Shown piece by piece: positions 38,200 through 52,700 of a DNA stretch of 64,000 bases. Both the position numbers and the translations under genes were made by a program. The DNA comes from Lingula anatina (Eukaryota > Animalia > Brachiopoda), in contig CM120648.1 in the NCBI GenBank assembly GCA_051362555.1, forward strand, positions 16,736,587-16,800,586, given 5' to 3'. Within the stretch, counting starts at the first letter, position 1. Every line of letters starts with the position of its first letter. The notes below the pieces were generated by a model, which saw only the letters and a list, made by a program, of their open reading frames with translations, was not told the origin of the DNA and ran no database searches.

Positions 38200-39540
38200 C
38201 ACCCTCTCAAGATAAATGCCAAAACATCTCTGATGCTCAAGGTGTTCTGGTAAATTTTGCTCTGGTGACGGTATCTTATCTCTCTCTTAAAGATACAGTG
38301 ACTGTCACAGTGCCAGCCTGCGTCCACAAGAGTAGACAGATTTAAGCTCTTCAAACAGTAATATCTCAGCACCCAGCTCTGATGTCAATAAATTCCCATG
38401 CCCTGATCAGTTTATCTTGGTTAGAGAGGTTAACTTTCTTGATATGGCCGTCTGCAGGTAAACAGAGAATGATATCATAGCTTGCATATCTTTACATACA
38501 GGTGACAGGATCAGTTAAATAAAACTAAATTTATTGTCCATTGAATATACTCTGTGGAGAAGTCTTTAGAAGACTGTCTTTGCAACGACCTTGTTGAGCT
38601 TGAGTTACACAATGACGAATTATTCAAGACGTTGTTCACAAAGTCGGCGCAATCCTGGCCATCAACAGCACTATTCATACAAATGGTGAACACTGAACTT
38701 GTGACCCCCCCCCCCCCACCGCCCGTAGTAGCACCTTTCCTTGTGTATTATGTTTATTATTATGTGGAGGGAAATAATCAAAACTATAAATATGTATGGA
38801 AGACTTATATGAAAAAAAAAAACAAAACAAAGGAATTCATACCTAATTCACAAAAAAAAAAAAAAAAAAAAAAAAAAATTAGATATTTTTTAAATAGAGC
38901 AGGCGTTGCGTCAGGAGGGGTCACCGCTTGCTAAATAAGGGATGACGTCACTATAGGACTCAGCCTGATAAGCTGCGTGCTGGTTATTAGGGATTAATAT
39001 ACTGTACTGATTAATCTTAAGGGTATTGTAAGCCTTTGTTATTATCCAGATATTGATAATGAGATATTTCCTGCATCTAATTATTAAATAATGGGTCTAT
39101 CTATGCTGTTTAAAAGCAATAAAATGCCCTCGAAAATATAAAATATCGGCGTAATATTTCTCGTTGCAATGTAAAAGCATAGGCATCTCAAAGGTTTTAT
39201 CGTCAATTTAATACCTTCCTATCTTGAGGTAAGATAGCAATCGGTTTGGGGCGTAACATTTATCCCTGAACAAGACTGCATCACGAAAATTGGCAGAGTT
39301 TACCAGGTATTATTTTGTTTCATCAATGATAAAGAAAAAACTGAAGTAAACTTAGGAGGACACTGGATCTTTTCTCTGCAATCAGGACACAAAAAAGGCC
39401 CTTCTTGGTATGGTCACATATGCAACCTTTACCATAACATAAAGTATGGTAGCTTTGCAGCACACGGGGGTCATCATACTCTCCCAGACAGATGGCACAG
39501 GTCAAAAGATTATCCGTGAAAGTTGCTGTCAGTGATTGCA
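38200..39540 (-). pseudogene. Decayed TRIM N-terminus (RING plus B-box remnants)
   Basis: TFTDNLLTCAICLGEYDDPRVLQSYHTLC (RING with a lost Cys) at ~39400-39530. Degenerate B-box-like ICMNSAVDGQDCADF...LC and further Cys/His remnants with stops at 38200-38690. Confidence 0.55.
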
Positions 39541-42500
39541 ACGCCAAAAAAAAAAAAAAAAAAAAAAAAAAAACTGAAATCCGCCAATAGTCGTAAAAAA
39601 ACTCACCCCTGTGAGAAGATAGTTTAGTCAAACAAAGAATAACAGTGTCAGTCATAACTTGATCTAGCAGTGTTTTAACTTGAGAAGTGTGCCTTTCATT
39701 TGTGGACATTTTTCTCCGTGAATTAGAGAATACAGCCACTCATTAAAAGCAGTTAAAACTGTTTAGAGGCGCCCCATTTTGTCCTTCTACCAATCAGTGT
39801 AATACATGCACGTTTGATTGGCGTTATGAGAGAGTTGGTATACAGGGGTACTTATACTGTAAGTACTGTAACAATGTCAATGGGATCATTTATCTTGACC
39901 TTGAAATGAAAATCAGTCGTGACCAAGTCTGTCTGTTTTTCTCAAAGTGCATTGACGTCTACATGGTAAGCAAATTTTCCTCCCCTCCTTGACACAAATC
40001 TGATAAAACGTGTCCACTGTTTATAACCCCACTAAACTATAATGTTTACATGGTAAGCATGGTTTCCTGTCCTCCTTGACACAAATCTGATAAAACGTGT
40101 CCGCCGTTTATAACCCCACTATATAAGTGATATGAATACAAAGTAAAATATCTCTAGACAACTAGAGCTTAAGTTATTTAGTGCTTTTATCAGTTAGGCC
40201 ACACTTTTTTTATTTTTATGGATGACATCCTGCGCGCGCACCGATTTTCGACCGTTCTCGGGAAAAAAAAAAACAACGAAGTCGGTTGTCGCAAACGTCC
40301 TTATTGAGTTTTGCCGGAAAATGAGCTTTCTGAGCATGCGTATTGTCGCCACGTGGAAACTGGCGGGGGTTTGCTGTCAAATTACACGACAATTAAAGTC
40401 ATAAAGAGAACGTAGGCCGTCGTATTGTATTGGTATGCCATTAATATTGGGTATGGAGATATCTCCTTTTAACAATTATACGAAAGGCTGGCAGGGGCCA
40501 CCGATTATCGCCCGGAAATTTTCAGTGACATTCTGTCCAAAGCAGCACATACAAGGTTTTTCTGTAGCGAAAACAGGGTCGAAAAGGGCGTCGGTGGGTT
40601 GCCACTGCCGACAGTTTGGCTGCTTCATGCGAGTCAAAGTAGACAAAACGTCATCGACCGAAATGACCTTTAATAGATTTGGTAGTATTAAGCATATCTT
40701 TGCATGTTTTTTAACATTTCTGTGAAGTGATCATAATGCTATAATATTTAATATTTAAGGGCTGCCATCACCTACAACAGTCGTAACTGTGACACTTTTC
40801 ATGGCAGGTGCTTTCCTGTCTTAATACATGAAGGTTGATTAAATGTGTTCTTAGTACTGTAGTACGACTTCCTTACCAGCATTAGGGTATTCCCTACTAG
40901 GCAAGTCAGCTACCTATTCTTATTGAAGTTAGCAGGATGCTATCGCAACATAAGTCAAAATATTTTTACTCAAAGTAATTTTGTAATGTACCTTTTTCAT
41001 TTAGTGTGGCAAATAAAAAGAGAAATATTTCTGCAAGTGGAAACTGACAAGGACTGTCTAAATACCGGTGTAATGTTGTTCTTAAAATATGTGCTTGGTT
41101 ATTTCATACAATATAAGTGTTATTACCAAATACTTATTACATTAGATCATTATAAAATACTTGTCTTAAATCCTGGGAGTAGTATAGGTGTGATAAACCC
41201 TCAACAGCCTTTTATAATAAGGATCCCTGTACAGAGCACAATGGGGTCATAGATGACCCCACTTGGTCATTTCTGTCAGTAAAATAGCTTGATCTCTTGA
41301 GGGTTCGAACCCGCTTAGAAGGGTATAGCTGTGTTTAAGACAGCAAAATTACCACGCAGCCGCAGAAGGTTCGACGGTAGATCTGAGATCACATGGAAAC
41401 TTTCTGCCTTGTCACACAGAGTGCCAGTCTGGTTGTACATGTTTACATCTACAGTTACAATCGATAGCCCGGGTGCCGTACAGATGTATTTCATCTCGCG
41501 CAACGCCAGTCTCCGAACAAGCTCTTAGAATTAGTTAAAAAATTTAGGTAGGGGTTACAGAACTTTCAGAAATTCGTTATTCTAACTCTAAAACACGATT
41601 AAAAACTTTACAAGCTAGTTTTGGTTGCTGTTTACGGTTGAGTAAACTTCTGTAACCCCTCACTCGAACGCTTGATTCATTCTCCTCATGAATATATGTC
41701 CAAATATGAGGAAATAACACCCGGGACGCCGTACGGAGCTTTTAGAAAAATGGCGCGAAACGCGCATGTTGAGCAAAATTCGTAAATAGTGGGAACCAAG
41801 CGAGGAAGTGAAATCACCGGCGATTTCTCGCCGCATTTTCGTGGCTGGAGGCTTACAGCAGAGACATGATACATTGTTACACATATTGTTCGAAAGCCCA
41901 TTTAATGCACTTTTTAAATATATTTTCATATTTATCATAGGACCCAAATCTTGGAAGTTATGATGGAAAACAAACAGCGAGGTTAGATTTCTTCCCGCTT
42001 TCGACTGCGTGAGCGGTGTGACCTGACCTCCCTACTTATCTTCAGCATTGAAGTTCACGATGTACACCAGGCCATGTTTTAGAAGACGACACGGAACGTT
42101 CTGTGTCTTCGTTTTGTGCTGAGATTTAATTTGGGGCCTGCTAAAGTGTCCCAAAGTATTTTGGTGTTTTAAGGTCAAACGGTTCCATTTGAAACGGTTA
42201 AGGAATATACAGTAAATCAGCTAGTTAAAACTCTAAATCAAGGGTGTTTTTTTTTTTTTTGAGAAACGGAAGGGGGTGGGTCATGTCCCCTCAACCCCCC
42301 CCCCCCCCCCCCCAAATCCGCCACTGTATCTTATGATGTAAGTTACAAAATATAAGTCTAGACACTTCAATAGAAGTAAAATAACAAAAACAGATTAAGA
42401 CTTCATTCAGAATAGATGATCCGAGTACTAACTTATCCGCCGACTTAATATGGCCGACCACACTTCAAAAAAGATGTCGCTGATTCTCGATGATCTCCCC

Positions 42501-44664
42501 GCCTCTACACGCGCCGTCGTTGCAGGGGCCTAGCAATTAAACCTCGGAGCAGAGTTTTAACCCGTTTAATGAAGGTTAGGAGTTGGACACTTCACTTAGC
42601 TATATAGATAACGAGCGTCGACAAATAAATCGTTTAACTGATCATTATGTGGACTTGGGGGTTTCTTTGTACGACCTTACGTAAATCTGACACGAACCGT
42701 GGAATCTTTAGATTGCCTTATCCGGTAAGTAAGTCGAAAACGTAATGGCCTATTTCAAACCCACGCTTGAATTAAGCGTACACAATTAGGACATTCATTC
42801 CATATGTATGAAAAGGTTCATTACAAGCTATGTCACTGGGTACAGTAACAGTACTGAATAGAGTTTACTTAAGTGTTTTATAAATGCTGTTGTTTGGAGG
42901 TTCGTAAGATGGATGTTTATGTTACATTTTAAAGTGCTGCTCACAGTAAGGAATGATAAGTGTAATGGTATGGCTTTGGTGGGGAGGGGGGGGGAGAGAC
43001 CATATCTCATACTGGAAGATTGCCTATTTTTCTATACTAAAGCAAAGAAATTCTTATTTTTTAAATATTTATCTTATTTTCTGCAGGTCCATTATTACTT
43101 GACACCCTATTTGTATATTTATGCAAGAATAAAAATTCTTGAAATATTACAATGTGTTTTGACCATTATATAAAATAATAAAGATAATAATAAGTATAAA
43201 GATATTAATAAATCAATCAATTGATGAATAATAATAAAAAAGAAAACAAGAAAAGTGACGGGCCGAGTTACCGTCGCTGGTGGGCCAACGTTGGACGGGC
43301 GGTCAGGCCAACGCAATAGCTGTGGGGCGCAGACGGTGGCCCAACGTCGGCCCACTAGCAACATGCTACCTGGGTCAGAACGCAAATTGAAGTAGATGAA
43401 ACGAGTAGCTCGTGTTGTAATGAAACGTGTGTCCTTTCATGTGTAAATTCATTGTATATAAGAGCGTCTATTTTTGGTAACAGTATATTTGATTATATAA
43501 CTAGACCTGCTTCTGTATTCACCTCTGTAGAATTCATATACTTACTCAGGAGTAAGGTAACATTGAACCAGCGACAGCTTGGACCCCCTCCCCCCTTACT
43601 AACACTGACAGTACAGATTTCATGAAGACGTGAGAAAATTTCCAGTCTAGAATTATAAAGTTCCCAGCACCTGTTCCCATTGAGGTAACCACCTCACATT
43701 GGCCACCCCCCCACCCCCCCCCCCCACCCCCCAGGGCAAACTCCAGGGTCGCGTATTTTTTTTTTATCTCTGAAGTTTGCAAAAATAGGAAGTTTACATA
43801 ATTGCGCTAGCTTTTCTAGTGGTAAAGGGATCACACTGGCTTGTTTTTAAAGAGAAAATTTTCACAAAGAGAAATGTAGAACATATATCAAGATATGGAA
43901 ATTCTTTTGATATGTGATCATGTGTTGAGACTAACCCTGATGTCTTTGATAGTAAAGCCAGTAAATATGAGATATTGAAACTATAGTGCCTTAGTTGCTG
44001 TAAGAATTTTGCTTAACACCCGTCTATAAAACAGTTGAGATCCAACTTTAAGATTATCTCTATTCCTTTGGAGGTCGAGCACTGAAATAATGGGCTGAGA
44101 ACTATGACACCCCCCAAATCACCTTATTGTACTTGAGTACATGTATAGGCCTACATACATACATCAGACCTAATCATGAATGAACAAAATATCACCTTTG
44201 ACAGACTTGTGAGAAAACCTCGTCACTCTTGCAACCTTTAGGTCTGTCGTTTATACATTTAACATTGTCAGTTGTTAGTTATGTGGGGTTAACCCCAGCC
44301 CTTTCTTAAGGGGTGCCCCCTTACCCCACCCCCACTATCTATCTTTGTATATAAAACATTCAGAGATTGTTTATAAAAAGGCACTTGTTGTTTAATGAGT
44401 GGTGTCATAACTGTCCAAGTTGTAGATGTTAAAAAAGAGGTTGGCAGTCATGACATAATTAAGACAATTAACTTTGTGAATGAATAAAAGTCACTTGATG
44501 TGTTGTGTGGTCTGTTGTCGGTGGCTCGTGCCATGCCCATTGCTCTTATTGTTTTAAAAAAATATTCATGAAACAAGGCAGCAAAGCTGTCAAATGTAAA
44601 GACAAAAAGCAGAAAATAATGCACAAAATAGGCTACTGTCACTTCTGATGCAAATGTACATTAT

Positions 44665-45214
44665 TATGGGCGGCGGTTTATACCAAAATTACAAACACAA
44701 TTAGACGTTGTAGTTATCAGATCAGACAAAAACAATTAGATGCCGTAGTTATCAGATCAGATGGCAAAATACGACTATTGAAAACACAACTAGAAGCCAA
44801 AACTCGATGTGACGCTAGATGGCGCTCATGTCAATGGTCTTGGCTACCCTTGCGCCGACGTCCCAGTCAATACCGTGAAATTCTAACACTGACAAGTGCT
44901 TGCGATTGACAGATTGAGGAGAGTCGACAGGTGTACCAGTACTATAGTAGGCTAGTATAGAGAATTACAATAATGGCTAACAACAGTCAGAGTATTCGAG
45001 CCAGGAATGTTGAAGCTGCTTCAATAACGTTTGCCATTTTGATCACTGTGGATCATTTGACTTGGCCTTGATTTTCGTACATGAGCGCTATCTAGTGTCA
45101 AATCGAGTTTTGACTGCTAGTTGTGTTTTCACGACTTGTCCACGACTTTACCATCTGATCTGATAACTACAACGTCTAATCGTGTTTTTAATTTTTGTAT
45201 AAACCGTCCCCATA
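44665..45214 (-). mobile_element. 550-bp non-autonomous MITE of the IS3EU-like family
   Basis: Ends tatgggcggcggtttatac / gtataaaccgtccccata with 6-bp TSD CATTAT (44659-44664 and 45215-45220). The interior retains the first codons of both genes of the large element. Confidence 0.9.
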
Positions 45215-46155
45215 CATTATGCTTAACTGCAAATTCAACATCAAATTTTAATTATGCTCAACAGGTAATACCAAAGTAAGCAAAATGTGTAACAAGCATA
45301 AGGCTTCAGGCCCATGGGAGTTCAAGTTCACACTTTGAAAACGAGAAAAATTTCACTCAAAGTTGCATAAATTCAATAATAAATGATAACCCAATTGAGC
45401 TGGCTTTCTAATTTGAACTGCACGCCAATCCTAACAAGGCAGCAAAGCTGTCAAATGTACATACAAAAATCAGGAAATAATGCATAAAATATGCTACTGT
45501 CAATGCTGATGCAAAAGTGCATTATGGGTAACTGCAAATTTAACATCAAATTTTAACTAAGCTCAACAGGTATTACTGACGTAAGTAAAATGTGTAACAA
45601 TCATAAGGTTTCAGGCCTATGAGAGACAAGTACATACTTTGAAAATTGTCAGAATGAGAGAAATGAAAATTTATGAAATTGCATTAATGCACAATAAATG
45701 ATAAATCAATTCAGCTGGTTTTCTAATTTGAGCTTCATGTCAAGCTTAAAATTGTTCTTGTAAGTTTAAAATAATAAGTAACAGTTTTCTTTTAATAACA
45801 ATTGCAGTATCAGTGGACAGAGAAGATTTGTCAATTTTGATGTAAAATTATATAATAAATTACAGAATAATTATGAGCAAGTTTAATTATTGACTTTAAA
45901 TAACATGAACATGTAGGAAATTAGATTACTTTTTAGCATTATTGCCCATGGGAGTTCTGAGTTCCACATTGAATATGCCAATACGATAAAAAAGAATATT
46001 TGACCACAATGTATAAGTTGCGGTAAAAGAAGTCAATTAGACTGTTTCCCAGCTGAAGCTGCATTTTAGTCCTGAGTTTCTTTCATGTAAGTTTGAGAAC
46101 AGCAAGTGACATGGTTTTCCTTAAATGGTCATCATGGAAGCAGTGCCCAAAATAA

Positions 46156-46400
46156 GGCTTCGTTCACATGCAATGTCTATTTTCTATTTTCTATTTTCGG
46201 TATGTCTTATGATCACGGTCTGTGCACTGAATATCCCGCGGCGTAATTACTGGCAGCGCGAACCAGTTACTATAAGTTACTATAAGTAACTGGCTCGCGC
46301 TGCCAGTAATTACGCGGCGGGATATTCAGTGCACAGACCGTGATCATAAGACATACCGAAAATAGAAAATAGAAAATAGACATTGCATGTGAACGAAGCC
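46156..46400. mobile_element. 245-bp fold-back (almost fully palindromic) Harbinger-like MITE
   Basis: Arms of ~115 bp with two mismatches, GGC...GCC ends and a TAA TSD. Confidence 0.85.
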
Positions 46401-48159
46401 TAAGGGTTTCTTCAACTTTTGATGCAATATTACATAATGTTTAACAGCATAATGACCATCAATTTTTAATAATGAAATATTAGTATCATGGATATTCAGG
46501 CAATGTGACTAGCATAGGTCTTCAGGCCCATGGAACTTCAAAGTCACACCTTAAAAATGCCAAAATGTAAGCAAGACAGCACTGTTCTGAAATTTTCTTT
46601 TTTTTTTTTCATTTTTAACAATTTTTTAACATAACACAAAATTAACAGTTTTCTGCCATTTTTTATATGATCAACTAAGAAAATTGTTGAGATGGGAAAA
46701 ATATCAATACAACAGTGTTAAATGTCCAATTTCCTCCATTCTGAGATTCTGAACATACTGAATGATTGAATCTGACAAACTGCAACGATATGAGTTTATT
46801 TCCATTTTTGAAACTTTATTACACAATACACGATAACAAGTTTACCATCATTTTTACATAATCAACTAACAATGTTGTTAAGATACAGGAAATGTCAAAC
46901 AAACACTTTTACGTACCTTATTAGTTAAATAATGAGACTGTTAACATGCCTTAGAATTGAATCTGAGGAAAATGTGAAAAAACAGCATAACTTCTAAAAT
47001 AATGGCCTGATTCTGCTAAATTTTGAACTCAACCTGCATTTTAGTAAGTTTGACCACTCCTGTGGGTTTAATGACAATTGGCCTTTCTTTTTTTTTTATA
47101 TTGTGCTAAGTGCTGCATATATGCTGAAAAATGAAAAAAAAACAAAACAGTATAACTACTAAAATAGTAGCCTAATCATGCCGATTTTCGAACTTGACCT
47201 GCGTTTTTGTAAGATTGATTACTCCTGTGAGTTACATGACAACAGGCCTATCGGTTTTCCTTGAAATGTGTTTACAGTGTTGCATATATGCTGAAAAGTG
47301 AAAAAACTTCTACAATAAAGGTCTGTTCATGCTGAGTTTTGAACTTGACCCGTCTTTTATGAATATTCATCAGCTCTAAATATAAAGCCAAAAGGTAAAA
47401 CAGTCTTCCACTTATTGTGTTTACACTGAAAGTACACGGCAACGGCGACGACAGACTTAAGGTGATGGCAATATTTACAGACACATCTGTACGTAAAAAT
47501 GATGCCTGTTCATGGAAGGGTATAAAAAACAGGTGATTTTTTTCCAACTTTTTATTTGTACTGAAATGAACATACAACAAGATCAAAGATTTTACACGAT
47601 GAATATGATGAAATTTTTCATATATATATATATGTATGTATAGGTCATGTAAAAAAATAACCCACAAATATAAGTTTTTGAAAGACGGATGTTCATTTCA
47701 TTAAGTATACAGTATTGTCAGTTTTTCAGTTCGTTGTTTACAAATTGACCTTGTTGTGATACTTCAGATAATTAACAAACAGCTCACAATTCTTTTCACT
47801 GTGGTTAAATTCAATCTGCACTAACATCTGAAGGAACTTTGAATTCCCCGTGTATTTATAATGTAAATGAAGAAAGTGCAGCAAGGCAACACTAAATAGC
47901 AGCAGCAAATACAGGTGATGCCTAAATATCCAGACAGTGTCTGTACATAAAAAGGAAAAGGAGACATACACTGGTGTACTATTTATATATTGAAATAAGC
48001 ACGCATGTCAAAAGATATGAATGTGAAGGTGATTAATGTAATAACTGGACTATTTACCCAGATTAAATCAGTTATTTAGAGAGGTATATATATTGAACTA
48101 TCTGTTGTCAGTATTTTACAATCCAATATTTACTGGTACTTTACGAGTACTTTACAGGA

Positions 48160-48890
48160 GTGTCTTATTTAAGTATTGTTGGTATTTTCAGCTAAATTTT
48201 ACTAGAAGCTCACAATAAGTATTATCAGTATTTTCAGCTAAATATTTACTAGAAGCTCACAATAAGTATTATCAGTATTTTCAACTAAATATTTACTAGA
48301 AGCTCTCAATAAGTATTATCAGTATTTTCAACTAAATATTTACTAGAAGCTCTCAATAAGTATTATCAGTATTTTCAGCTAAATATTTACTAGAAGCTTT
48401 CTGCAATTACTAGAGAGCCATAAGTACTGTCAGTATTTTCAAATCAATATTACAACTACTTAACATGTACTATAGCACTGTCTTAGACCCTATTCCCAGA
48501 GATAAGATCGATCCAAACTAGATCAACCTAACTCCCTGGGGGTTCACGCTAAATAGCTGTCAGCCGAGTGGGCACGAAATTGTCTCGTTTAATATATGAC
48601 ATTTTTGTCAGCTAAATATAAACAAGTACTTTACAACTACTAGATTGTCTTGTTTAATATATGTCATTATTGTCAGCTAAATAAATACAAGTACTTTACA
48701 ACTACTAGATTGTCTTGGTGAAGTATGTGTCATTGTTTTCAGCTAAATATATACAAGTACTTTACAACTAATAGATTGTCTGAATTAAGTATGTATCATT
48801 GTTTTCAGCTAAATATATACAAGTACTTTACAACTACTAGATTGTCTTAATTAAGTATGTGTCATTGTTTTCAGCAAAATATTTACAAGT
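48160..48890. repeat. Two adjacent related minisatellites (47-bp and 66-bp units) separated by a half MITE
   Basis: 47-bp unit at ~48180-48400, 66-bp unit at ~48580-48890, both containing ttttcagctaaatat. The 5' half of the 215-bp MITE lies at 48486-48580. Confidence 0.8.
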
Positions 48891-49104
48891 GCTGGAATGT
48901 CTACACTTGCTCTGATGATGGTAAACAGCAGCAGATACTTCTTTGAGGACACCTCTACACATGGCATTATGTGTTTTAGTACAGATGAGTATCACAGCAC
49001 AAATAATGATCTTAGTAAAAAATGTGGGAAATATCTATATTGCATCATGGACTGTGCCATTGTAGATTTTCAGCAGGTTTGTTCAATATCACTAGAAATA
49101 GAAA

Positions 49105-49717
49105 TAGTCCAAGAATTTGGTGCAGAAAAAAGAGTGAATTGTGGGTTTTTTACCTACAAGCATGAAATTTGCCACAGTTGTAGATAATGGAATTCTAAGC
49201 CTTTTTGGATATATGGGCATGTCTAAATATTCCAGTATGGCTGCCAAATCCAATATGGCCACCACAAATACTCTTTTAAATTAAAAAATCTAATATATAG
49301 TCCTATAATGGTTTAAAATATCATTTTATAGCTGGAAAATATCATGCTATGAATGAATTATCAATATCCGCTTCTACAGGTGTATAGAATTCCAAAATGG
49401 CCTCCAAAAGTAAAATAAGCAGTCTACTTACTCAAAATATGCAGCAGTTTGGTGAAATCATCAATCACTTACAATTACAAGCATAAAAATTGGCACAGTT
49501 GTGGAGAACATGATTCTAAGCAACGTTGGATATAGGGGCATGTCTGAAAATTCCAATATGGCAGTCAATTTCCTTTTTTTTTATTGAAAAATTTCAGTAT
49601 AAGAAAGCACATATACCCAAGTATGGTAAATGCACACTGCACACTCACTCTCTCTCTTACACACACTCTCTCTCTCACACACACGAATATAAGTTTATAA
49701 TCTCATGAGCAATAGGT

Positions 49718-49752
<35 letters not shown>

Positions 49753-52700
49753 GATCGATACTACAATGTATTCATCCATAACTACAACATATTATTAAAC
49801 AAGAAAAAAGTGCAAAATATTATTTTGCTGAAGCTAATTAAATTCAAACATGTCTGACCAATTTTCCCATTTTTTTTCAAAGTTTGTTAAATTTAGCTTT
49901 TTTAATGCATTGAATTTTTCTATTATAAATTGATCCTTTATGTAATTTATGAGTGAAGAAAGACGCATACATTCAGTCAATTTCAATATGGCCCCCAAAA
50001 TACCCTTTCAAGTTGAAAGTTATTTGTATAGTCTTTTATAAAAATATCATCTAATGGTTAGAAAATACCATAGTATGTATGCAGTATCAGTATCTGCCAC
50101 TTTAGGTCTTAAATTTCCAAAATGGCCTCCAAAAGTCAGCAGACCACAAGTATTGAATTGTAATCACTCGTGAATAGGCATGTGGGCTTTGCAACTACCT
50201 GTATAATCAGCATATTCCTACCTGTGCAGGAGCTATTCTACAGAGTTTTAAAAAAAACCATCAAGCATGATACATTTATTATGTACTGAAAACAGTCCTT
50301 CTTTTGATAAACCAACATAAGTAGTTTGTTTTTTTTTGCTCTGGATTCTCATTTAGATCAATTCCCAGTTAGCGATCTACTTATATAGCACTCATGAGTG
50401 ACTCCCCCTTTCTAAGAAAAAAAGTATTGTGCAAAATCCATAAAATGTGAAAGAAACACCAGAATAACTTAGCCTTAAAGAGGCAAATATAAAAAAGCTT
50501 GGGGTGTACCAATTTTGTCTTTTGGTTATGATTCTTCAGCTAGATCAGTGCATGGCGCTTCATCAAATGCTCACAAATATAACAAAAATGACAGCTAATC
50601 AAACACACAGGTCTCAAAAATTTGGTGTTTTGCATTGGTAAAGTACTAAAAGCAGGGGCACATTTGCACTCGGTAATCTTATGATGTTATCTTGTGCTTC
50701 AAAAGTAAATTAGAAAAGCTTCTTATTTCAAGAAATGGATTTAGTACATTCGCAGTAATGGCTACCGAGAATTTAGTGAAAATTTATAAGCAAAGAAATA
50801 CCCCAAACAGAGGGCAGGTGTTGATACGTGCTGTATCCAAGAGTTGCATTGCAGGCTTCACACTTCGTGCACTAAAAAAGAAGCACTGATAGGCGCCAAA
50901 CTTTGGTTTTCATTTGATCATTTGGCAACTTGTTTAGTTACAAACTTATACTTTCAAATAACTGAACATGAAAATAAAAGAATTAAAATCCTCCAGAAAG
51001 TTAATACATACAAAGCTTCAAAAATTCACAGTGTATTCCGAGGATTAAACCAAGAAATTAATGCAATATGGACTTTGAAAGGTAAAAATTCATCAGATTT
51101 CCGGCATCATTGTTTCTGTGGGACAATCCAGAATGAAGCCATGAGGAGTATTCACTTACCCAGCTTACAAAATCTACCAGGTAGCTCCTACCACATCTGT
51201 TTGTAGTTATGTGTGCAATTGCTAACTGTGGTGAGGGGAGTCAGAAGCATTGGAACACTGGTCTTATAAGGGTTCACACCAGTAACCTACATCTACTAAT
51301 ATGCCCTACCAAACTTTCATATTCCTATTGACCCTCATGCATGTAAACTGATGCTCTCTGGTGTTAAAAATGACCAATGCCTCTTGGTATTTTGTTGGGG
51401 AAAGTGGATTACATGTAGAAGCTATAGTTTTGGCAAATTCTGGGAAAGCTGAGGGAAAAACAACTTAAGCTAGGCACACATTAATGAATGAAAATTATTT
51501 AACCAAATAAGTAGAAATTTCAGTGTAGCTAGCTGTTATCCTCTGTTGAGATATTGTCCATTTACTAAAGTAATAGGTTGATCGTCCATAAAATGTGCAA
51601 CACCTACTTGATAAAATAACTTTCGCTAATTTGAAACTTATTTGTGAAAATAAATTGACATTTTCATATCCTTGACATTTATAGAATTGCTGCATGTGGT
51701 GTCACAACTGGACCAAAAGGAGTCCTGTTCCACTTTTTATGGTCATTTGGATCTTAATGTAACTAAAGGAGCGAAAAACCAAAAAAGAGTAAAGATTGTT
51801 GTAATTAAGTCAGCTAGATTATGAAGTAGACTTTTTACTTTAAAAGGGTTTTAGTGGCATATTAGAATTTTCAGACATGTCCCTATATAAAAAATTGCTT
51901 AGAATCCTGTTCTGTACAATTGTGCCAATTTTCATGCTTGTAGTTTTAAGTGCATGATGAATTCACCATACTGCTGCTGTGAGTGGCCTGTTTTTCTTAT
52001 TTTGGAGGCCATTTTGGATTTCTATACACCTAAAGAAGCAAATATTGATACCTCACGCATACCATAGTCTTGTCTAACCATAAAATTTTATCTTAAGCTA
52101 TTATAGGATTATATACTTGAAGTTTTAATTTGAACGGGTATTTGTGTCGGCCATATTGGATTTGGGGGCCATATATTGGAATTTTTAGACATGCCCATAC
52201 ATCCAAAAGTGCTTGGAATCCTGTTTTACAACTGTACCAAATGCCATGCTTGTAGTTTTTGATGAATTCACCACTCTGCTGGATATCTTGGATTAGTAGA
52301 GTGCTTTTTACTATTGGCGGCCATTTTGGATTTAATACACCTAAAGAAGCAGATATTGATTCTGAATTCATACTTTGGTGTTTTTTAACCTTTGTATGAT
52401 ATTTAAGCCCTTAAAAGACTATATATTTGAAGTTTTAATTAGAAGCCGTATTTTTTGGAGGCCATCTTGGATTTGGGGGCCACTTTTAAATTTTCGGATA
52501 TGCCCATACATCCAAACTTGCTCAGAATTTCATTTTCCACAAACGTGCCAAATTTTATGCTTGTAGTTTTAAGTGCTTGATGAATTCACCATTCTAATGG
52601 ATATCTCGAATAAATGGTCTGCTTTTTTACTTTTGGCGGCCATTTTGGATTTTATACACCTAAAGGATTCATACCATGGTGATTTCTAACCTTTATATGA

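Larger units (their letters stand above)
44572..47496. mobile_element. Helentron-type repeat family A (tandem/partial copies) hosting two MITEs
   Basis: Starts aacaaggcagcaaagctgtc at 44572 and again at 45433; collinear with 60080-61879. Confidence 0.6.

Noticed and set aside
40200-43400. GC-richer patches and isolated transposon-like ends (41206, 42325, 43374)
   Set aside because: Could not pair termini or find coding motifs.
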